A stretch of DNA of 64,000 bases, from NCBI GenBank assembly GCA_046045965.1, contig JBJOKS010000004.1, positions 32,001-96,000 of the forward strand, given 5' to 3'. This DNA comes from Cyanobacteriota bacterium. Its GTDB lineage: Bacteria; Cyanobacteriota; Cyanobacteriia; Cyanobacteriales; Nostocaceae. Within the stretch, counting starts at the first letter, position 1. Each line of letters opens with the position of its first letter. The notes beneath the pieces are model-generated. The model was not told where the DNA came from, did no database searches, and worked only from the letters and a program-made list of their open reading frames with translations. The translations under genes and the position numbers were made by a program. Positions 21,481 to 31,117 of the stretch are shown piece after piece.

Positions 21481-21984
21481 TTGAGCTTTAAATCCAACAT
21501 ACCAGGGTTCTATCGCTGATTTTTCAGCACCAACATCTGATTTCATTTTTGCAAAATTATATATCTGATTTTCTCTGATTTTCTTCACCTCTTAACATCA
21601 CACTTGTTTAACTGTTGCCTGTTTTTACAATATAACAACATAAGGTATAACTAATCAAATAGTGTGCCTGTATAAATACCATATATCCCACATTCTGCAC
21701 CCTAAACTTTCACACAACTAAAATTTCCAGATTTTTGTATAAAAATCATCATTTGATGTATTCAAAAATCCGAAATTAACGATTGTGACAGCTGGGGATG
21801 CGGAAGGTGGGATATATTGCAATACTGTTCAGTTACCGATATTTACACATTGCCGTTCGCGTAGCGTGTTGTAGGCAACCCCCCTTAGTCTCTCTTAAAA
21901 AGGGGGAAACAATAGGCATTTTAGAGGAATTAGGTTTAGCAGGAACTTCAATTTCATTAGATGAAGCAGTCTAATTTATTACTT

Positions 21985-22151
21985 GCCTTGGCGACTATAA
22001 GTCGCGACTACACAGACAAAACCCATCTTCATGGGTTTCAAACTCTCCATTTTTCGTTAGTCCACGGAGGTGGACTTAGTTTGTGTAGTAGCGTTCGCGA
22101 AGCGTGCCGGAGGCATCTTTCTAATCGCCATAAACTTTTAAAACATCCTCT
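21985..22151. repeat. ~170-bp composite dispersed repeat, copy 1
   Basis: Collinear with 49755-49925; nested hairpins; ends in AAACATCCTCT. Confidence 0.9.
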
Positions 22152-22238
22152 AAGCCCTGGCTGATTTTTGCCTTTGAATTAATGATTTGCAGATGGGCAA
22201 GATGCCCACCCCACAAGAACTAGACCACTAAATTATGA

Positions 22239-22961
22239 TCAACTTTTTGCCATTGTTGGAAAAACAGAAATGTTGTTTGGTACTGCCTCAGAATTGGGGA
22301 AAAATTTCTCTGATAACAGTTGTTGGAAAGTCTTAACTGAATCTAACCAATTTTGAATTATTGTTTGCAAATCTTGTAATTTTTCAACCGGAGTATTTCC
22401 TAATAAGGAATAGTTAAAATTACCAGAAAATAAAATCGCAGCCACTACTTTATCAGGAAACTGTACATTTGCTTGGTTAATACTTAAATTCAGTATTCCC
22501 CGTTGCAAAGGATAACTTAACTGCAAAGAAGCATTAACTTTTGATCCTGCAAATTCCTGCCATGAACCAGGTGCTAAGAGTTTACCATGAATATATTGGT
22601 ACACTTCTGCATCAGAGTTAAAAGTCACAAATCCTCTGGGGTTAATTCCTACTTGCTGATATTCAACTTGAGATAGTTTTTCTACTAGCTGTAGAGTAAT
22701 TTTTGGTACTAGAATTTCTTCAATTTTTTTTGCTCCTATTGCCTCCACTACAGTTACACTATTAGGCTGGGCTGCAATTCCTACTCCTGTGTTGAAGAAA
22801 AGCTGTACGACACTATTAGTATAAACTGGTTGTCTTGCTAATTCCCAATCTGCGGGAACAATCCCTGTATACTTTAAAAAATCGTGATTCAGAACGGTAG
22901 GATTCAGATTTTTAGCGGTAATTGTGATCGCTAATTCCTGTATTTCAAAACGTTGACTCAT
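22239..22961 (-). CDS. Hypothetical protein (cyanobacterial NPTVL..DFLKYTGIVP type)
   Basis: 240-aa ORF with protein-like composition; function not recognised. Confidence 0.75.
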   Translation of the reverse strand: MSQRFEIQELAITITAKNLNPTVLNHDFLKYTGIVPADWELARQPVYTNSVVQLFFNTGVGIAAQPNSVTVVEAIGAKKIEEILVPKITLQLVEKLSQVEYQQVGINPRGFVTFNSDAEVYQYIHGKLLAPGSWQEFAGSKVNASLQLSYPLQRGILNLSINQANVQFPDKVVAAILFSGNFNYSLLGNTPVEKLQDLQTIIQNWLDSVKTFQQLLSEKFFPNSEAVPNNISVFPTMAKS

Positions 22962-23105
22962 GTTTAATTTGTGTCTATTTTTATTACAACATTATTACTG
23001 TATTACAGAATGTCAGTATAAATACAACTTCTGCCCAACTCACATACAGCCCGATTTAATTTAAAATTATGAGTAGTAATATTAAGAATTGTAAAACAAG
23101 TATCA

Positions 23106-24620
23106 ATGCCTAGTCTATCCCTTCACAAAAACCAATCCCGTGTTATCGTCATCGGTGCAGGAATAGGTGGACTAACGTCCGCAGCATTATTAGCACATAG
23201 AGGTTATAGCGTTTTAATTCTCGATCAGGCTTTAGTTCCTGGTGGTTGTGCTTCCACCTTTAAACGTCAGGGGTTTACCTTTGATGTCGGTGCAACTCAA
23301 GTCGCAGGTTTAGAACCAGGGGGAATTCATCACCGCATTTTCTCAGAATTAAATATAGAATTACCCGAAGCAACGTTTTGTGATCCTGCTTGTGCGGTTT
23401 TTCTTCCCGGAGAAAATACACCTATTAATGTTTGGCGAGATCCCCAAAAATGGCAGGAAGAAAGACAAAAACAGTTTCCAGGAAGTGAAGCTTTTTGGCA
23501 ATTATTAGCGACTTTATTTAATGCTAGTTGGGAATTTCAAGGACGAGATCCCGTTTTACCTCCGCGTAATTTATGGGATCTTTTACAGTTAACAAAAGCA
23601 TTACGTCCGAATACATTAATTACTGCACCTTTCACTTTTATGACTGTGGGAGATGCTTTAAGATTATATGGTTTGGGAAATGATCAAAGACTGCGGACAT
23701 TTTTGGATTTACAACTAAAATTATATTCCCAAGTAAGTGCAGAAGAAACAGCTTTGCTTTATGCAGCTACAGCATTGAGTGTATCTCAATCACCCCAAGG
23801 ATTATATCATTTACAAGGGAGTATGCAAGTATTGAGCGATCGCTTAGTTGAATCTTTAGAAAGAGACGGTGGTAAATTATTAATGCGTCACACCGTTGAA
23901 AACATCAAAGTTGAAAATAACCAAGCTAACGCAGTAGTTATTAAAAATCAGAAAACCGGGGAAGTTTTCACAGAAACCGCAGATCATGTAATTGCTAACG
24001 TCACTGTTCAAAACTTAGTAGAATTATTAGCAGAAAAAGCCCCATCTGGATATAAACAAAGAGTAGAAAAATTACCTTCTGCTTCCGGTGCATTCGTGGT
24101 TTATTTGGGTGTTGATAAAAGTGCAATTCCTGATGAATGTCCGCCCCATCTACAATTTCTATATGATATTAATGGTCCAATTGGCGAAAATAATTCTTTG
24201 TTTGTCTCTGTAAGTCATGAAGGAGATGGCCGCGCACCAGAGGGAAAAGCGACAATTATCGCTTCTTCATTTGTTGATTTTACTATGTGGTGGAATACAG
24301 AAAATTATCAAGAATTAAAAGATAAATTCACTCAAGATGCAATTTCCAAACTTTCCCAATATTTCTATTTAAAACCAGAAACTATCATTTATGTAGAAGC
24401 TGCCACACCTAAAACCTTTGCTCATTTTACAGGTAGAGAAAAGGGAATTGTAGGCGGAATTGGTCAAAGAATTCCTACCTTTGGACCCTTTGGTTTTGCT
24501 AACCGTACACCTATTAATAATTTGTGGTTAGTGGGTGACTCAACTCATCCAGGGGAAGGTACAGCAGGGGTAAGTTATTCTGCTTTGACAGTAGTTAGAC
24601 AAATTGAGTCTGAAAAATAA
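23106..24620 (+). CDS. crtD: Carotenoid C-3',4' desaturase
   Basis: GAGIGG FAD motif, FDVGATQVAGLEPGGIH, GDSTHPGEGTAGVS. Confidence 0.88.
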   Translation: MPSLSLHKNQSRVIVIGAGIGGLTSAALLAHRGYSVLILDQALVPGGCASTFKRQGFTFDVGATQVAGLEPGGIHHRIFSELNIELPEATFCDPACAVFLPGENTPINVWRDPQKWQEERQKQFPGSEAFWQLLATLFNASWEFQGRDPVLPPRNLWDLLQLTKALRPNTLITAPFTFMTVGDALRLYGLGNDQRLRTFLDLQLKLYSQVSAEETALLYAATALSVSQSPQGLYHLQGSMQVLSDRLVESLERDGGKLLMRHTVENIKVENNQANAVVIKNQKTGEVFTETADHVIANVTVQNLVELLAEKAPSGYKQRVEKLPSASGAFVVYLGVDKSAIPDECPPHLQFLYDINGPIGENNSLFVSVSHEGDGRAPEGKATIIASSFVDFTMWWNTENYQELKDKFTQDAISKLSQYFYLKPETIIYVEAATPKTFAHFTGREKGIVGGIGQRIPTFGPFGFANRTPINNLWLVGDSTHPGEGTAGVSYSALTVVRQIESEK

Positions 24621-24742
24621 AGTCTTTCTCTTTTTTTTAGTCTTGCTGTTCCCTGCTGTATGTAAATAAAGATTTCTAGCTGTAATTTTTATCCCAAAGG
24701 AGGGAATGATGAGCTTTATCTACTCGCGGGAGAAAAAGCTAT

Positions 24743-25804
24743 ATGTACACTGACAAAATTGATAATTTACAATCTTTAACATTAGAGCAGTTTTTAAATT
24801 ATGCACACCTACAACAAACTTCAGATGTGCATATAGCTATTGGGGATATTCCTGATTTTCGTATTCAAGGAAAATTACAAGCAATTTCTGATTTTGTTAT
24901 AGATGAAGTGACTTTTTGGAATTGGGCTGGAAGTATTTTCAATCTTAGCCAAATTCAAAAAATAAAATCAGGTAATGCTGTAAATCTTGTTTATCAATAC
25001 CCTTTTGGTAATGTTTCTATTTCTGGGTTTCTAACTTTACAAAATCCTGTAATGACCATTAGGTTTTTACCTAGTAATATTCCTCCAGTTGATAAGTTAG
25101 GAATTCCTGAAATATTGCAAAAAATTTGCCATAATTCCCAAGGTTTGATTTTAATAACTGGTGTCATCGGTAGTGGTAAAAGTACAACTTTAGCTAGTCT
25201 TGTAAATTATATAAATCAAGAAATGACCCGCAAAATCTTCATCATTGAAGATGGGGTTACTTGTGTTTATCAAAACCGTCAATCGTTAGTTAATCATTTG
25301 TTGGTAGGATCACATACTCCTAATATTATTGAGGGAGTGAAAACAGCATTAAAAAATGATGCAGATGTAATTATATTAAGTGAGTTGAGCGAGCGATCTA
25401 TTGTTGATATTGCTCTACGTGCTGCTCGTTCTGGTATTCTAGTTTTAGCCTGTATGCACGCTGGTAGAACGCACACTGCTATTCAAGAATTATTGACTTT
25501 TTATAGTAACCAAGAACAGGATTTTATTCGCTTTCGTTTAGCTGATAGTTTACAAGCAATTCTTTCTCAAAAATTAGTTCCAACCCTCACAGGCCACTAC
25601 AAACGCGCAGCTATTTTTGATCTCTTGCTCATAAATGATGTGGTTCAGAATTGTATTTTGGAGGGAAAAACACAAGATTTATTAACAGTGATGCAGCAAC
25701 ATCAGGAATTGGGAATGTGTACTTTTGAAACTGAATTACAAAAGTTATTAAATTCACAACGAATTTCTCAGGAAGTTTTTACAGAAACCCTACAGAAAAT
25801 TTAG
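24743..25804 (+). CDS. Divergent PilT/PilU-family ATPase
   Basis: SDVHI, GLILITGVIGSGKSTTLAS, LQAILSQKL, GM.TF; several family motifs altered. Confidence 0.85.
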   Translation: MYTDKIDNLQSLTLEQFLNYAHLQQTSDVHIAIGDIPDFRIQGKLQAISDFVIDEVTFWNWAGSIFNLSQIQKIKSGNAVNLVYQYPFGNVSISGFLTLQNPVMTIRFLPSNIPPVDKLGIPEILQKICHNSQGLILITGVIGSGKSTTLASLVNYINQEMTRKIFIIEDGVTCVYQNRQSLVNHLLVGSHTPNIIEGVKTALKNDADVIILSELSERSIVDIALRAARSGILVLACMHAGRTHTAIQELLTFYSNQEQDFIRFRLADSLQAILSQKLVPTLTGHYKRAAIFDLLLINDVVQNCILEGKTQDLLTVMQQHQELGMCTFETELQKLLNSQRISQEVFTETLQKI

Positions 25805-25880
25805 ATCCCCAACTTATTCAATGAGTCAAGGATCTATTTCTGTATTTTCTCCTTACCAATTACCCATTACCAATTACCCA

Positions 25881-27983
25881 TTACAAACCATCACCAGTTG
25901 ATAATGGAGATGGTTCAGCTTCCGGTGATGGTGTAGGTAAAGACTCAAGCGATGGCGTAGGTAATGCTGTAGGTGATGTCCGAGGTATCAGAAATTGTCT
26001 CCAAGTTCTAATTTGCTCTTGAGCATCTCTGTAAGCAGAACTACCACGGGGAATTAACCTAGCAGTTGCAATACTTCTAGAAATATCAAACTCACTTTGA
26101 GAACGTGCCATTTGTAACAGTTGCTGACTCCATTGATCAATGGCTACATTCGCATCCATGCGTAAAACGTTACGGTTGGAAACTCGATCAGCTAACCTTA
26201 TCGCTTCAGCTAAAGCTTCTGGTGTGCCAGCAATTGCTACTTCTCTGGCTTTTGTCCAGTTTTCTCTAGCGCGAATTTGTTCTTGCCAGGTATCGACTGC
26301 TGTTTGTGCTTCACTAGCAAGAGACCTTCCTGATGAAGCAATTTTTTGAGCTTCCCTAATAGCAGTGTTTAAATCACCACTTTCAGCAATAATCCTGGCT
26401 TGATCTAAATAAGGTTGGTCTTGAATGCGTTGAATTTTAGCAGTCCAAGTGCGGATTTTTTTCCGTGCTTCTGGATATAATGCACGACCAGAGCGAATTT
26501 GACCAGCTTCTGCGATCGCAGCCTGTAAGGAGTTAATATCTTCTAATAAAGCTATTTGTTCCGCACGCTCTAAGTAAGGTCTGTCTTCAATAGACTCTAC
26601 TTGTCCACGCCAGCGATTCATCTCTTGTCTAGCTTCTGAAGCGCGGGGGTTGTTCTCAGGAATCTGTTGAGCTTCAGAAATAGCGGCCGTTAAATCGTTA
26701 ATTGTGCCTTGACTAGCTAAGGTTCGCGCTTTTTCCAAACGAGACACATCTTCAATTTCTAATTGCCAAATAGCAATCAGTTCTTGTGCTTTCTCATACA
26801 CCTCTCTGGAAGCATCAATTTGTTGCGCTTGATAAATGGCAGCCTCTAAACCAGAAACTGTACCTATCCAAGCACTTCTTCGGGCTTCACCTAAAACAAT
26901 AAAGTCATCTATTTCTGATTGTAATGAGGCAATGGGGGGAATTTGTCTGGCAATTTCCAAGGCTGTATCAGCATCTCGCCTATCCATCTTGGCTTGTGCC
27001 AATTTGAGTATATTGCGCCCAAATTCAGGAATCAATTCTTGAGCTTTTTGATATAGGTAACTATCCGACTTAATTGACTCAGCTAATTTAATAGCTTCCA
27101 AGATATTATCTACAGAGCGACCTTTGGCTAGACCTTCAGCTTTATATAGTTTGTCCCCGTCTTCTCGCGCTGTGACAATAATGCGATTTAGTTCGTCGTA
27201 CTTGGTATTTGACCAATATTGATTATTGATGCGTAGCAGTTTGGATGACAGCATAAAAGCTGATTGCCAACGCCTCTGTCGCAGTTCTTTTACTGATTCA
27301 TCATAGATTGCTTCTGCCCTTGACCAGATAGACTGCCATTTAGTAATTTGCTCTTCTACTATTTTACGAGCTTCTAGGTCTTCAGGAATTTGCCGAGCAG
27401 TGGCGATCGCTTCCTCTAAATTTCCAGATTGGAAACTCTGATCTGCTAACTTGAGAATATCCCGTGACCACTCTTCTAAAAAAGTATTAATTTGTCCCCG
27501 CAGTGGGTGATTTTCTGGCAATTCCTTAACAAGTGCGATCGCTTGCAATAAATCATTCACATTCTGCTTAGAAGCAGCCAGGGAAGCGCAATGTAAACGT
27601 ACCGAAGCACTAGCTAAAGGCCAAAATATTTTGGGGCAGTTTGGCGCTGATGGCAGCTTGAGCAACATAGACATTGATATAAAGCCGATGCTGCTAGGAA
27701 TCAACGTTAATAAAATTGACCACAGCACCCAGCTTTTCATCCAGGGTGGTAATTTTCCAACTATCTTACTGAGAGCAAAAGATTCCTCAGAATAGTTTTT
27801 TATAGGTAATCCTTCTGTATTGTTCTCTTCTTGCTGCATCACTGAATTCAAGTTAGAACCAGTAGCTGGGACACCAGATGGTTGAGTTGTCCCGACTTCT
27901 GGAGTTCGGGATAATCTTGTATTTTGATCCGGCTTTCTAGCTCTGGCTGGAGACCAACTATCTGAAATATCCCGCTCTGTCAT
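25881..27983 (-). CDS. Single-TM helical-repeat protein of unknown function
   Basis: TM helix then many AIA.A.QIP repeats; no Walker motifs. Confidence 0.8.
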   Translation of the reverse strand: MTERDISDSWSPARARKPDQNTRLSRTPEVGTTQPSGVPATGSNLNSVMQQEENNTEGLPIKNYSEESFALSKIVGKLPPWMKSWVLWSILLTLIPSSIGFISMSMLLKLPSAPNCPKIFWPLASASVRLHCASLAASKQNVNDLLQAIALVKELPENHPLRGQINTFLEEWSRDILKLADQSFQSGNLEEAIATARQIPEDLEARKIVEEQITKWQSIWSRAEAIYDESVKELRQRRWQSAFMLSSKLLRINNQYWSNTKYDELNRIIVTAREDGDKLYKAEGLAKGRSVDNILEAIKLAESIKSDSYLYQKAQELIPEFGRNILKLAQAKMDRRDADTALEIARQIPPIASLQSEIDDFIVLGEARRSAWIGTVSGLEAAIYQAQQIDASREVYEKAQELIAIWQLEIEDVSRLEKARTLASQGTINDLTAAISEAQQIPENNPRASEARQEMNRWRGQVESIEDRPYLERAEQIALLEDINSLQAAIAEAGQIRSGRALYPEARKKIRTWTAKIQRIQDQPYLDQARIIAESGDLNTAIREAQKIASSGRSLASEAQTAVDTWQEQIRARENWTKAREVAIAGTPEALAEAIRLADRVSNRNVLRMDANVAIDQWSQQLLQMARSQSEFDISRSIATARLIPRGSSAYRDAQEQIRTWRQFLIPRTSPTALPTPSLESLPTPSPEAEPSPLSTGDGL

Positions 27984-28143
27984 CTCTCACACCAAAGTAA
28001 TTGAATAGCAGTTTTGCTCAAACTGATAATTCTATTTTTGCCATAGTAACTTTCTTTCTGGTCATTAAACAGCTATTTTTTGCATTTTCTATCTTCCTCC
28101 ACAAATACCATTTATATTTCTTGGTTTTAGTAGTATTTCACAC

Positions 28144-29049
28144 TTATTCTGAAACAGAAGCTTCCCTTTGTAAATCAACAATTAATTGTGTTAGATTCTC
28201 ACTACTTGCTTTATAAACACTGCCACAAAAATCACAAGTAGCTTCCGCACCATCATCTTTAACAATCATGTCTTGAAGTTCCGCTTCTCCCAGTATTTTC
28301 AATGCTCCTAGCACCCGATCAAAGGAACAACCACAGTGGAAGCGTAACATTTGACTCTCTGGGAAAATTGTTAGTCCCATATCTCCCAGTAAATCATTAA
28401 AAATTTCCGTCAGCGTTTTCCCGGCTTGCAACAACGGCGTGAAACCTGATAAAGCAGATACTCTTGATTCTAGCGTTGCTACCAAAGCTTCATCTCTAGC
28501 CGCTTTAGGCAAAACTTGGATCAGTATCCCTCCCGAAGCTGTCACTCCATCTGCTCCCACAAACACACCTAAAACCAAAGCTGAAGGTGTTTGTTCTGAA
28601 TTTACCAGGTAATGAGCTACATCATCACCAATTTCTCCAGAAACAAGTTCAACGGTACTAGAGTAAGGATAGCCATAACCAATATCTCGAACAACATAGA
28701 GATAGCCACTACCCACAGCACCACCAACATCTAACTTACCTTTGGCATTGGGAGGCAATTCCACAGATGGATTTCCTACATAACCCCTAACCGTGCCATC
28801 CAACCCTGCATCTACCAATATACCACCCAAGGGACCATCCCCTTTAACTCGCACATTGACCCTAGAGCCAGCACGCTTCATACTAGAAGCCATCAACAAA
28901 CCCGCTGACATGGTTCTTCCCAGTGCAGCTGTAGCTACATAGGACAGTTTATGACGTACTCTTGCTTCCTCAGCTAAACGTGTGGTAATCACACCCACCG
29001 CTCGAATACCCCCATCGGCTGCTGTAGCCCGCATTAATTGATCCGCCAT
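28144..29049 (-). CDS. hslO: Hsp33 redox chaperone
   Basis: ALGRTM, GDGPLG, CGCS...CDFC zinc motif. Confidence 0.97.
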   Translation of the reverse strand: MADQLMRATAADGGIRAVGVITTRLAEEARVRHKLSYVATAALGRTMSAGLLMASSMKRAGSRVNVRVKGDGPLGGILVDAGLDGTVRGYVGNPSVELPPNAKGKLDVGGAVGSGYLYVVRDIGYGYPYSSTVELVSGEIGDDVAHYLVNSEQTPSALVLGVFVGADGVTASGGILIQVLPKAARDEALVATLESRVSALSGFTPLLQAGKTLTEIFNDLLGDMGLTIFPESQMLRFHCGCSFDRVLGALKILGEAELQDMIVKDDGAEATCDFCGSVYKASSENLTQLIVDLQREASVSE

Positions 29050-29168
29050 GAAAAACCCTTACAATTCTTAACAAGATGACTTTTATATTGTAAGTTCTCT
29101 AGGGAATAGGGAACAGGGGAAGCAGGGGAAGCAGGGGGAGAATAACCAATTACCAATTACCAATTACC

Positions 29169-29555
29169 ATGTTAGGTACTTTTCAACAAAGCCAATTGCG
29201 AATCGAAATCGAAGCATCCGCTGATGCTATTCACGATAGTCTGTTAATTCCAGCACAACTGCAAAAATGGCTACTAGGACAAAGTTTTTCCCCTGGAATG
29301 CCGGAAAAGTTAGCTTCTGGATTGGATTTTACTACTGCCACCGGACCTGTCCAAATTCATCATCACGTTGATGTAGTGAGAAATAATTGCTTGCGTTTGT
29401 TACTCAGTGGTGGAATTGATGGTTTTCATGAGTGGTACTGGGGGGAAGGTTGGGTTCAGTCTCGTTTGGAAGGAATATCAATTTTACCTTTGAATTTGGG
29501 TCAGACTATGAGTTTGTTGAGTTTGCGGGAGTTTTTGAGGGGTAAAAAAAGGTAA
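29169..29555 (+). CDS. Hypothetical protein (possibly SRPBCC-like)
   Basis: 128-aa ORF divergent from hslO; GIDGFHEWYWGEGWVQSRLEG. Confidence 0.75.
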   Translation: MLGTFQQSQLRIEIEASADAIHDSLLIPAQLQKWLLGQSFSPGMPEKLASGLDFTTATGPVQIHHHVDVVRNNCLRLLLSGGIDGFHEWYWGEGWVQSRLEGISILPLNLGQTMSLLSLREFLRGKKR

Positions 29556-30182
29556 TTCTCACGCAAAGACGCAAAGGGTGGGTCAAACATCAATGTATTT
29601 TTGACATCTGACTCACCCAGTTAGAAATTACAATTTTGCTCATCGGATATAATTAAAAGCGAATAAGTTCTTCTTGATGAATATATTCAGAATACATATC
29701 TATTGGGTGCGATCGCTCTCTCTTGTTTTTTAGATAAGTTTCAGTTATTTAAAACCTAAAATGATTTAGTATTTTCTAACTTCCAAAGTTTTCCTCTTTA
29801 TATTTTCTTAATAATTAATTGAGAATTATTTTTATCTATCAACGCTATTGCAATACTTTCAGCGATCTGCTATGATTTAGGAGAATTTTAAATTGCTCTT
29901 ATTGTGTCTATTTTTAAGACTGCGGTTACAGCAGCAAATTGAAAGCCTTTATTTATAAGTATTTCAGAACTCGCAAAACTGAAAAGCTGAGAAAATTTGA
30001 GCAAATTATCAAGGTTTCCTGACAGGAGCGTTAAGAATATTTGATGCTGTTGTTTGCGGGTTAGGAATTAGAGGCTTGACAAAAAAGATATTTTATGGTG
30101 ATCAGCCTGGATTGGTAAGAAGAATAAATGGGAAATAGCAATGTTAACTATTTTCTATTTTCAGTGAATGAGAAAGAGAAAA

Positions 30183-30212
30183 GCGTTAGCGTTAGCTTAC
30201 CGAAGGTATCGC
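30183..30212. mobile_element. 22-nt small dispersed repeat (SDR5-like) inserted in a HIP1 site
   Basis: GCG-[TTAGCGTTAGCTTACCGAAGGT]-ATCGC; the equivalent site at 31031-31038 is uninterrupted. Confidence 0.85.
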
Positions 30213-30217
30213 ACTTA

Positions 30218-30254
30218 TGAAGTCAATGTGGCTAGAGACTAGAGGGCGATCGCT
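30218..30254 (+). repeat. 37-bp direct repeat, left copy
   Basis: TGAAGTCAATGTGGCTAGAGACTAGAGGGCGATCGCT, identical to 31044-31080. Confidence 0.97.
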
Positions 30255-30413
30255 CCATAGGAATCGCACTCACTCCATAATCTCAGATATAAAACTTAGC
30301 CATGCAGTTTAGCAATATTAAATCCTGATTGAGTAAAAAACAGATTACAGATATTGACGTTATGATTTTCTTAAATCAAAATTAGTTAAACAATTAAAAA
30401 GCAGCTAGAAACT

Positions 30414-30656
30414 ATGAAAGCCTTAGAAGTTACTGGAAAAATACATGAAGGACAATTAACCTTAGATTATCCTTTACAAATTGATAATATTAATGCTGTT
30501 AAAGTAATTATTCTTTTACCAGAAGCAGATGATTATGATCTTGATGATACTCCCATTGAAGAAATAAAAGAGAGTTTAACTAGGGCTTTTGAGGAAGTAA
30601 AATCTGGTAAAGCTAGACCTATTTCTGAATTATGGGAGAGAATTGAAAGTGAATGA
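30414..30656 (+). CDS. Putative type II antitoxin
   Basis: 80-aa acidic ORF overlapping the toxin start; EEVKSGKARPISELW C-terminus. Confidence 0.75.
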   Translation: MKALEVTGKIHEGQLTLDYPLQIDNINAVKVIILLPEADDYDLDDTPIEEIKESLTRAFEEVKSGKARPISELWERIESE

Positions 30657-31002
30657 TATAGATGATATCTCAGTTAAATTTTCTCCTGAATTTGAAAAAC
30701 AATTGTATAAGTTATCAAAACGATATCAGAAAATTCGTGATGATATTGAACCTGTTATTTTACAGTTGCAGGAAGGAGAAATAATAGGCGACAGCTTGGT
30801 AGGGTTAGGAGAGGAATATGAAGTTTATAAGGTTAGGGTGAAAAATAGCAATATTCAAAAAGGCAAAAGTGCGGGATACCGAGTTATTTATTATCTACAA
30901 AATGCCACGAATATTATTTTGTTAACAGTATATTCAAAATCTGATCAAGAGGATATTGGTATTGCAACTATTCAAGGAATTATAGAACAGGTTATGGAAT
31001 AG
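30643..31002 (+). CDS. RelE/ParE (HigB-like) toxin
   Basis: F.KQL.KL.KRY, YKVRVKNS...KGKSAGYRVIY, LLTVYSKSDQ. Confidence 0.9.
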   Translation: MKVNDIDDISVKFSPEFEKQLYKLSKRYQKIRDDIEPVILQLQEGEIIGDSLVGLGEEYEVYKVRVKNSNIQKGKSAGYRVIYYLQNATNIILLTVYSKSDQEDIGIATIQGIIEQVME

Positions 31003-31043
31003 AATAACTAATTTCCATAGATACAGGAAAGCGATCGCTCTTG

Positions 31044-31080
31044 TGAAGTCAATGTGGCTAGAGACTAGAGGGCGATCGCT
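31044..31080 (+). repeat. 37-bp direct repeat, right copy
   Basis: Identical to 30218-30254; preceded by HIP1 at 31031-31038. Confidence 0.97.
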
Positions 31081-31117
31081 ATAAGTCAATATTCAATTGG
31101 TAAAGTAAATTCAACTT

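Noticed and set aside
21961..22164. 67-aa ORF and its look-alikes at 49720-49992
   Set aside because: They are translations of the dispersed repeat; the similarity is at DNA-repeat level.
25881..27983. Possible ATPase or SMC-like protein
   Set aside because: No Walker A/B motifs; only a TM segment and helical repeats.
29880..30110. Possible CRISPR leader or transposon end
   Set aside because: Only a vague compositional resemblance; no repeat-spacer array or terminal repeats follow.
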